Below, in pieces: positions 49,099-61,000 of a DNA stretch of 64,000 nt. The notes beneath the pieces are model-generated. The model saw nothing but the letters and a program-made list of their open reading frames with translations, ran no database searches and was not told the DNA's origin. The position numbers and the translations under genes are program-made. Within the stretch, counting starts at the first letter, position 1, and each line of letters begins with the position of its first letter. Origin of the DNA: a virus. Location of the stretch: IMG/VR virus record IMGVR_UViG_3300044655_001360; one strand, given 5' to 3'.

Positions 49099-52000
49099 AT
49101 GACAGATCAATTATACCCAAAAAGCCAACTGCCAATTAGAAAAACTGAAGAGTTATTGCCAGGGGTTTTCCAAACAGATGCAAATAAGAAATTCATGTCA
49201 GCCGTGGTTGACCCATTGGTACAGCCTGGTCTATTAGAAAAGACCGTTGGTTATGTTGGTCGTCGATATGGAAAAACCTTTGTTGGCTCTGACATTTACT
49301 TAGATTCTGACAACTCATTGCGTAGTAGATATCAATTAGAGCCAGGTGTTGTTTTCAATAACAATGGAACTATTGATAACTTCTATGATTACATTGATTT
49401 CAAGAATCAATTGAAGTTCTTTGGTAATACCGTTGAACGTGATGATTTAATTACTTCACAGGAACATTATTCTTGGAACCCACCAATTGTTTGGGATAAA
49501 TTCATTAACTATAGAGAGTACTATTGGGAACCAAATGGCCCATTGTCAGTTCCAGTTAACGGTGAGTTGAATACTTTCGTTGTTAGTGAATATGATGTAT
49601 CTATCGATAGTAATTCGTTTGTGTTTAATCCAAAGTCGGAAATACCATTAAACAATCCAACGATCAACTTGTATCGTGGTCAAACTTACAAATTTAATGT
49701 AAATGCACCAAAAGAAGGTTTTATTATACGGAATAAGTATGATACTGGTTCATTGATGTATAACTACATGTATTCTTATATCAATGGACAGTTGGCTGTT
49801 TATGACAATCAGTTATTGAGAGCAAAACATACTATACCATCACATTCAGTTCCAACTTTACCAGATACCGTTCTTGATTGGGAAGTAGTTCAGTTCATTT
49901 ACCAAGCGGAGATTTCTTATTACAATCCATCAACGGAATATACCGTTGGTGAATTCGTTGTATTTGATGATTTCTTATGGCAAGCTACTGTAAACATTCC
50001 AGTTAATACAACTACGACTGTTACTACCGACAAATGGCGTAACTTTGGTGTTGTTGTTAACACACCAACATTAGATTACACTAAAGGAATTACTAATAAC
50101 GGAACTTCATCTGGTACAATTACTTTTGTTGTTCCATTTGATGCACCAGATGAACTATATTACCAAAGCCCAATCGACCCAAATAAGTTTGGTCGATTCA
50201 TAATTGATGACATCACTACTAATACGAAAACAATTGAAGTTGATAAAACCATAATTGGGATGAAAAACTACACAAGTGGTGATGGGATTGTGCTTACCAA
50301 CGGTATGGTAATTCAATTCTATGGATCAGTATCTCCCGCCAAATATGCATCAGATACTTGGTTGGTTAATGGGGTTGGTAGTGCAATAACATTGATTAGA
50401 TTTTCAGATTTAACAACTCCGACTATTTCAAAAGATGTACCTACTGTTATGTTTGATAACAGTGGTTTTGATACTGAACCATTTGATAACGCTGCATCAT
50501 ATCCGGGTTCACAAGATTATATTACTATTTCACATGCTAGTGTAGATTCAAACCCATGGAGTAGATACAATCGTTGGTTCCACCGATCAGTTTTAGAATA
50601 TTCGTGCAAACTTCGTGGCGTAGAATACTCTGCACCTGAAGAAATGCGTGCAAAACGACCAATCATCGAGTTCACAGCCAATCTTCAATTGTTTAACCAT
50701 GGTACACATGCTAAACAAGCAGTTGACGCGGTTGATAATATTACTACCGACGTATTTTCAACAATCGAAGGTGCTCGTTCATACAATATTGATGGATTTG
50801 AATTATCATCAGGTGTTAGAATACTAATTACGGCAGATAAAGACGGATTAGCTAATAACAAAATCTACAAAGTAACTTTTGTTGCCGACCAGCAAACAAA
50901 TGCACCTGTGATACATTTAGTTGCAGTTGATGATACTAATCCAATTATTGGGGAATGTGTACTAGTTAAATCTGGTAAGGAATTTGGTGGGTCCATGTAC
51001 CATTTTGATGGTACTTCTTGGAAACTAAGCCAAGCCAAAACCAGTCTGAATCAAGCACCACTGTTCGATATTTTTGATGAAAATGAAGTAAGTTTGGCAA
51101 ATACTGAAACTTACCCAGCAAGTAACTTTACTGGATCTAAGATTTTAAGTTATAAAGTTGGTAATGGTAGAACCGATTCTCATTTGGGATTCAGTTTAAG
51201 TTACTTGAACATCAATAACATCGGTGATATTCAATTTAACTGGAATTTTGGCACAGATACCTACATTTTCGTCGAAAATAACAACAAAATCACGAGAAAA
51301 GTAGCAACTGGATATTACAGAACTAACTTCATTGGTTCTGAATACGCTAATGGCTGGATTGCAACTGATAATAAGTACATTCAACCTGTTATTGACAGCT
51401 TTGTTGTAAAAGAAGCAACTAACGAAATCAATTTCACACCTATTAACTTCTATGAATCTATTCAAGATGCGTGGACAGTTAAGTTTTACTTGAATGGTGA
51501 GCCATTAACTGCGAGCTATACTCGTGATCAAAACCTGTTTACATTCAGTCAAACATTTACAATTGGTGATGTGGTATCAATTAAGGTAATTTCAGCAAAT
51601 GACCCAGATACTGGTTACTATGAAATACCAGTTGGGTTGGAAAAGAATCCGTTGAATACTGAATTAGATACATTCACCCTAGGTCAAGCAGATGATCATG
51701 TTAAATCAGCAGTTGATTTTCATGACAGATTTACAGGTACTATTCCAGGAATATCGAATTTAAGAGATATTGACAACTATCAACAGTTTGCTACCAGATT
51801 CTTAAAACATTCTGGTATAACTCCACTTGCTATTAGTACATTATGTGATAAAGACCAGAATATTATCAAAGCATTACGATATGCTAAGAAAATGTACATT
51901 GAATTTAAGAATAACTTCTTAGATAGAGCAGTTATGATGCCATTATTACCAGCAGCAGACACTGTTGATGATATTATTGCATCTTTGACGAAAACAAAAA

Positions 52001-55000
52001 CGGTTGATAGCCCATTTGCCTATTCAGATATGATTGGTAGTGGTGCGTATACGAAATTAACCTATACAGTTGATAATACGGACGTCACTACCTATGCATT
52101 ATCTAATAAGTTTAACCTAATAGACTTGAGCAATAATGCTGTCTATGTATACATTAACCGACTGAATTTAAAAGGTACATACACTAAAACTCAGTTATTA
52201 AACACCAAAGATTATCAGTTTAATGATGTTTATGGGTATGTTACGATTTCGTATGCACTGAATGTTGGTGATATTATTGAAATCAGAGAATATGTTTCAA
52301 CTGCTATCAATTATATACCAACAACACCATCTTCTATTGGTTTGCACAAAGCATACACGCCAATGATCTTTACAGATGATACTTATACAACACCAAGATT
52401 AGTCATTCAAGGTCACGATGGTAGTATCACTGCAGCATATGGGGATTTTAGAGACGAATTGCTGTTAGAATTGGAAATGCGTATCTATAACAACATAAAA
52501 CAGCAATATGACCCTGCTATTTTTGATATCGATGCGATTTTAGGTGGTTATTATAACACAGGAATGTACACTAAACAACAATTAGATAGTTTAATTCAGT
52601 CAGAATTCTACAAATGGATAACTCCATCTAATATTGACCATGTTCATAATAATTGGTATGAAGAGTTAAATGCATTTACTTATACCTATAATCAATCATT
52701 AGATCCAACGCTTACTCAAAAGTTGCCTGGTTACTGGCGTGGAATCTATAACTGGTTCTATGATACCGATCGACCACATCGATGCCCTTGGGAAATGCTT
52801 GGTTTTTCAGAACAGCCATCTTGGTGGGAATCAGAATACGGTTCTGCACCCTATACCAGTGAAAACTATATTCTATGGGAAGATTTGCGTGATGGTACTA
52901 TAAGACATGGAGTCCGTAAAGGAACATATGCGAGATATTCTCGTCCAGATTTACTAAATCATATCCCAGTTGATGGAAATGGTAAACTTATTGACCCAAT
53001 TGCATCTGGATTAGTCAATGATTTCAACACATTTACACAACAAGACAACTTTGCAGTGGGTGATATAGCTCCTGTTGAATATTCGTGGCGTTCAAGTTCA
53101 GATTGGCCATTCGTAATCAGCATTGCTCTTTGTTTATTGAAACCATTTGAGTACATTACTGATCGATTCGATATTTCAAGAACTAAACTGAATAAATTAG
53201 GACAAACTGTTCATAAAGATACTTCATTGTTTGTTACCTTGGATGATATTGTAGTACCAACTAACAATGAATTCTCAGTTGGCTTGGGTACATACTTAGT
53301 TGATGAAATTAAATCAAAAGGTATCGATGCTGCGATTATCGAAAAGAAAATTAAGAATTTGGATGTAAGATTATCGACAAGAATGTCAGGGTTTGTGGTT
53401 ACAGATCAGCAGCATTATCTTTTAGATAGTAAACACCAATCAGCGGTTGGTAATGTTTTTGTGCCACCTGAAAATGTTGATATCATTTTCAATGTTAGTT
53501 CATCCGTTAAAACTATTACTTATAGTGGTGTTATTGTTGAAAAAACAAATGGCGGATGGTTTATATCTGGTTACGATCGTAATAATCAATTCTTCAACTA
53601 TTATGGTGTTAATCCAGCAAACAATGACCCACAAATCACATTAACACCGGTTGATAACTCGTTATTGATGTCAGTTGGTGGTGTAAGCCAACCATTCACT
53701 GAATGGCAACCAAATGTTACTTATAAGAATGGTGAAATCGTTAAGTATCAAACCAAATTCTTTAAAGCATTGCGAACTAATATTAGTGAAACATTTGATA
53801 ATACGTATCATGACTGGCAAATGATGAAAAACTTACCAACAACTGGTGAGGTAACTGCACTTAAGCGAACATCATATAATAAATTTAGGCTTAAAGTGTT
53901 AAATTATGGTACTAAACTTGGTTCTATCCAAGAAGTTATTGATTTCTTATTTGGATATGAAGAATACCTGAAGAGCGTTGGCTTTGTATTTGATGGTTAT
54001 GATACTGCGACTCAATCTCCAATTAACTGGACAACAAGTGCCAAAGAACTTATGTTCTGGACAAAAAGTAACTGGGCGGAAGGTTCGTTAATCACATTAA
54101 GTCCAATTGCATCTAAAATTGATATTTCAATGGGTGGCGGTGTTGCTGAAAGTGTAATTGATGGATTTTACGAATATGAAATATTAAAAGCTAATGGGCA
54201 ACCTTTCCAGTTGAATGAAATCGATATCACTCGTTCATTCCAAAAGATAACTGTTTCACCTAATGCTAGTACAGATGGTATCTATTATTTGAATTTGTAT
54301 TGTGTGCTAAAAGAGCATGTTGCTATTTTTGATGATAGAACTGTATTCAATGATGTAATTTACGATAAGCCAACTGGTTATAGACAAGGTCGTATTAAAT
54401 CACAAGGTTATAGAACTGTTGATTGGGATGGTGATTACACCAGCCCAGGATTCTTGTTTGATAACGTGACTATTTCAACCTGGGCTCCATACACTGATTA
54501 TAAAATGGGAGATATCGTAGCATATCGTTCTAATAATTGGACAAGTTCAGCAAATCAATTAGGAACTGCTAATTTCGACGATACCGCATGGACTAAATTA
54601 GATTCAACACCCACTAAACAGTTGATTGCCAATTATGATTATAAGGTAAACCAGTTTGAGGATTTTTATGATGTAACCTCGGAAGGTATCGGTGAAAATC
54701 AACGTAGTTTGGCTAGACATGCTATTGGTTATCAAACCAGAGAATATTTGCAAGCACTAGCACCAGATCCAGTAACTCAATTCCAATTATATCAAGGATT
54801 TATTCGAGAAAAAGGAACGGCAAATGCAATTAACAAGGTATTTGATAAACTAAGCCGTTCTGGTGATTCTAGTATAGTTATGAATGAAGAATGGGCATTC
54901 CGAGTTGGTCAATTTGGTGGATTAGATCAATTGCGTGAAGTTGAATTCCAAGTTCAAAAAGGAATGTTTAAACTGAACCCACAGGCAATCGAAATAGCAA

Positions 55001-58000
55001 CTGCTGTTACGACACCAGCAAACGATCAAAAATATCAGATAGTGAAAGATAATTTCACGATTGCACCAACACCATACGTTACAAACATTCATCCAGTCAC
55101 GAAAAATGAACCGGTGAGAACTGCTGGTTATGTAAAAACTGATCATGTTGATGTTACAGTTAAATCACGAAATGACATTTTAGCGTTAGATATCACCAAG
55201 ATATACGAAAATGACCACATATGGGTGACATTTAACGATTATTCATGGGATGTATTACGATATAATCAAACTAATCTTAGAATCACTGCACTTGCTGCTA
55301 GTGGAACAAGTTATATGTTGACGTTATCTGAAAGACATGGATTGAACGTTGATGATATTATTGGTATTAAACCAATCAATGTAATAACAGAATTAACTGG
55401 ATTCTTTAAAGTAACTGCAATTGAATGGAATGCTATCACAATTGATGGTAGCGCAATCACAGGAACACCAACCTTACCTGATATTAAACCATTGCATATT
55501 AGTGTATTGACGACTGCCAGATTCAGTAATTATGATAAGGTTGATCCAGAAATGGCTGCTACTTATGTAAAAGGTGCTAAACTATGGATTGATAACAATT
55601 CAACCGGTGATTGGGAAGTTGTTGAGAAACAAAATACTTATACTGATTATGGTTTAAAAGAAACAAATTATGGTATAACGGGAACTCCGTTAAATGCCGG
55701 AACTGCGGTTGCGTATTCAAGTGAATTGGGACAAACCATGGTCGGTGTTGCTGGTTCTGATTATGTGTTGGTATACGAAGGAACTTCTTTTACAAAAAGA
55801 AAAATCTTAATCAACCCACCAACTAGTTTGGGTGAACACTTAAATGGATCATTTGGTGCGACAATCACCTTATCACCAGATTCACGATTCATGGCTATTG
55901 GTGCACCAAAAGCAAGTTACGTGCATAGTAACTTCAATGACAGACCTTACCTACCAGCCAATGATTATTCGTATGGTGATATTGTACTGTATGATGACAT
56001 GATATGGGAAGCAACCTTAGATATTATTACAGATGGAAGTTCAAATTCAATTTATTCCGAAGATTGGAGACCAGCATCAATAGTACCAGCGACATCAGTT
56101 GGTAGAAATTCCGGTTATGTAAATCAAGGTGCAGTCGCAATCTATGAAAATACCGATATTGGTTGGAAGTTAATGCGTACATTCATTAGCCCAAGACCAG
56201 CCGATGACAAATTCTTTGGATCAGAAATAGCAATTGGTGTTGCAACTGATGGCACGTATACGATGGCCGTTACTTCAACGAATGGTACTGGCCAAGTTTA
56301 TATGTATGAATTCCTTGGAACTACATGGAAACATTACAGACATGCCACTACCGTAAATCAATACAATCCTTTCTTAACTAATGGACTTTCAGTTGCAATT
56401 AGTAAGGATTGTTCAACTGTATTAGTTGGAAAACCAAATACAGGCAATGGCGAAGTTATTCCATATGTACTTCATTCTAATCATCAATATGCTGCAATTG
56501 CAACTATTGGAAATACTACAGGTAATGTAGGAGACCTGTTTGGTTATAAAGTTGCATTGAGTGAAGATGGATCCACTGCCATTGTTTCTAGCCCTAATGC
56601 TGATGTTATGGTACCAGATCAAGGTTCCGTTTATGTAATTCCTAAATTAAACGGGGTTTATGACAGAACAAAAGAGCAACAATTACAGAGCTTTGATGCT
56701 TTATCTAATGAACTGTTTGGTACTTCATTATCTTTTAGTGCGACTGGTAACACTCTAGCTGTTGGTGCTAAAAATACATTATTCACACAATACTATACAT
56801 TTGATAGTGGTAAAACTGTATTCGATGAAGATAATACACAATTTGTAACATCAATTGGTAGTGCTGGTGGAGTTTATGTATTTGAAAAGAAAGGGTCTAA
56901 GTATTTCTTAACCTCCAAACCAACACCATCTGACATTGCTATGGTTCCATATGAATCATATGGTCATGCAGTTGCTTGTACTGACGATGTTGTCGTTGTC
57001 GGATCACCAACTTATGTGGCTCAAGGTGCCAGTGACCAGATTGGTATGGTTCGTTTATTTGCACAGGACAAATTCGTTAACTCGTGGAATACAATTGCAC
57101 ATCAATCTGCAGTGGTTGATATTACAAAAATCAAAAGTGTTGAGCTATACGATGACGTTAAGAATATCAAAATACAAGATTTGGATTATGTTGATCATGC
57201 AAAATTGAAAGTTCTTAACTACGCAGAGCAAGCAATTACCTATAAAACATTATATGACCCAGCGGTATATACAAATGGTACTGATGATACAACGCAAATT
57301 ATTGAACCATCACAATCTTGGGAAGATTCACATGTTGGTAAATTGTGGTGGGATGTATCTTCTGTAAAATGGGTATATGCTGAACAAGGCGATTTTGCAT
57401 ACAGAACAGGCCATTGGAATCAAATGGCAACTGGTTCTAGTGTAGATATCTATGAATGGGTTAAAACCAAGTTATTACCGTCGGAATGGGCTTCGTTGGC
57501 TGATACAAATGAAGGTATATCTGTAGGAGTTTCAGGGAATCCATTGTATCCTAATGATGATGTATTAACAGTTAAAACTTTATACAATACTGTTACTGGT
57601 GTTGCGACCGATACATTCTATTATTACTGGGTTAAAAATCCTGTAATAATACCAAGTGGATCAACTAGAACAGTGTCTGCATCGGATGTTTCAACGGCTA
57701 TTTCAAACCCAATTGGGACTGGTATTGCATTTGTTGCATTTACTGGTGAAAATGAATTATTAACATTCAACCTTGGTGCTAAAATGTCATCTGACACGGC
57801 ATTAATTAATACCATCTATTACAAAGATGATTCTGCGTTGATACCAGTTCATAATGAATATCAATTACTAACAGAAGGTGTAGCATCTAGTATACCATCA
57901 CCTCAATTGGAATTAAAATGGATTGATAGTTTAATTGGTGCTGATTCAGCAGGTAACAGAGTTCCTGATGATAGATTACCGGTAAAACAACGTTATGGAT

Positions 58001-61000
58001 TATCTTTTAGACCAAGACAAAGTATGTTTATTGATAGAACTAATGTTCTACAATCTGCAATTGAGCATATTAATGGCGTGTTAGTAAAAGCACCATTCAC
58101 AAGCAGTGTTAATTTTGAAATCTTGAATTCAATTGATCCGGTACCAACCGTTGAATCTAATAGATATGATACGGTAGTTGATTCATTTATCGACTTACAA
58201 TACGTTAATACTGGTAATGCACAACAAGCTGTTCTTGAACTTGGGTTGACCAATGGAAAAGTAACAGAAGTTACTATTGTAAACCAAGGTTATGGATACA
58301 AACCATCAATCCCAGTTTATGAAAACTTAGATTTACCATTATACAACTACAAAGGCACTGGTTATAAAGGACCATTGGTAACGGTTAACGGGAATGGTTC
58401 TGGTGCAGTTATTGAATTGATTATCGACAATTACGGTCGTGTAATCATGGCTAAAATCAAGTACAGTGGTAAAAAGTACAGCATTGCGTCTGCAAACGTT
58501 AGACCGTTATCTGTATTGGTTAGAGCAGATGAAACTGTTGATAATTTCTGGAGTATCTATGAATGGAATGCTAATATTAATCAATTTAGCCGTACTGCCA
58601 CCCAACAATACGATGCTACTAGATATTGGTCTTATATCGATTGGTGGAAATCTGGTTACGGATTATCATCAAGAATAGTCAAAGAAATCCAAAATATCGT
58701 TTCGATGAATGATTTAGAAACCGAGGTTGGTGACTTAATCAGAATCAAAGAATACGAAAATGGTGGATGGGCTGTATTTGAAAGAATCGCAGCTGAAGGA
58801 GAGCTTACTGCTGTAACTAATTATGATTTAGCAGTATTCTCTGACTACTACACAATAGTTGGTCGTGAAAATGGAACTATCCAATTGAGTGATATTCTAT
58901 ATAAAACTACATTTGGATATGATGGAGTTTCCCCGTTTGATGGTATTTCATACGATAGAGATTTTACACGAGAACTTCGTTTGATTTTACAAGCAGTAAA
59001 ACAAGATATCTTTACTAGTGAATACACGGTTGAATGGAATAACTTGTTCTTCTCAAGTATACGTGCAGCATTTGCTGAACAGATGTACATCGATTGGGCA
59101 TTTAAAACAAGTTTCATTACGGCTACCCATAATATTGGTCCGTTCAAACAATCATTGCATTATAATAGTGATAACTTGAGTAGTTTTGAAAGTTACATCA
59201 ACGAAGTTAAACCATATAGAACTACTGTTAGAGAATACATTAGTAAGTATGATTCAATTGAAATGGCAGTAACTGGTATGTCTGATTTTGATTTACAACC
59301 AGCGTATAATTACGAATATGGTAAAATCATGCCAATGAATAGTTTAACTACATTTAGTGGATATCCATGGAAATGGTGGTCTGATGATCATGCTTATTCA
59401 GTTACTGAAATCGTAGTCCACGATCAAGGTTCTGGTTATGAAATGGCACCCGCAGTTAAAATATCAGGTAGTGGAACTGGTGCAATCGCAAAGGCGTATA
59501 TCGCTAACGGAAAAGTAACCAAAATCAAAATAACTTCGGGTGGTTTTGGATACTTGGCTGCACCAAAAGTAGAATTATCTGGTGGCAATCCAATAAGCAA
59601 TGCAACAGCAGTGGCATTCATTGGTGATAGTAATGCTCGTATGTTTGATTTAACCATGAAATTTGATAGGATTTCAAAAACAGGATCAGTTGAAGGTTTC
59701 ACTTATACAGATTCATTCCCAATAGTAAGCGGTGATTCATCATCTTTTAGATTGACGTTCCCAGCAAATGAACAAAAATCTAAAATAAAAGTAACTAAGA
59801 ATGGTAATGTTATTTTAGGTGATTCGTTTAGTATAGTAACTACTGCAGTTAATGATCTTTTGGTGAGTGATTTGGTATTGAACGAAATACCAAAAGCTAA
59901 TGATTCAATCGTTATAACTTACGAGAAAACTGATGCTATTTTAGATGCGGTTGATAGAGTTGAAAAGTATTACGATCCAACTGCTGGAATGAAAGGTAAA
60001 CAATTATCGCAATTGATTACTGGTATCGATTTTGGTGGTGTTCAAATACAAGGTGCAACTTTCGATGTATCTGGTGGTTGGGATGCGATGCCATGGGCTA
60101 CTGATACATGGGATAGTATTGAATCTGATAATACTCACTGGCATTATTGTGAAGCTATTGACGAGAATCACCCAGAGATTCCAGATAATACCTTGCAAAT
60201 TACGTTACCGTATACACCAGCTACTGGTCAGCACATCAACGTTTATATCAAACCAGCTGATCCAAATAGAATTTTAAAATTGCAACCATATGGCTTGAAA
60301 GCATCACCATATTCTAAACCACCTGAAATCATAAGAATTGATGATATTGCCTATACTCCACAGTGGGATTCTGCTAGTACGGTAAACCCATATGCTGTTA
60401 TGCCAACTTTTGTTGGTGATGGATCTAATAAAGTGATTTCAATCGGTTCGCATATTAGTACATTTAAAGGTGATATTATCATACTTAGAATGGCTACTAG
60501 TGATGGCTCAATGGCGATTGATGATCCAAGTATCATCGATACAAATTTACAAGGTGGAACATTAGCATATATGAATGGTGCATATTCAACTGCAACTGGA
60601 TTAACAGCAGATGAAATTGCTATTGATGGTGGTGTGTTTATTAGTAAAGCTCATGTACCTGCAACTGAAGAAAATATTCCAGGACAAGTATTAGATAGTG
60701 TTAGCATTCGTGTATTTGATGAATCTGCAAATAGCGCAGCACCATTGCATAGCAGATATACAACTGGTGATGACGTAACATCTACTTTTGAGATTGGTAT
60801 GAAAGTAATTGACTCAACCGCTGTTATTGTAACAGTTGATGGTATTAAACGTAAGTTAGGAACTGACTACACCTTAGATGTTGTAAGCAGTACAATTACA
60901 TTCAAAACACCACCAGTTTCTGGTAAATTGATTTCGATTGATGCGATTGGTGTCGGTGGATTGGGTATTATAGCTAGTAATACATTTACTGCTAATGGTA

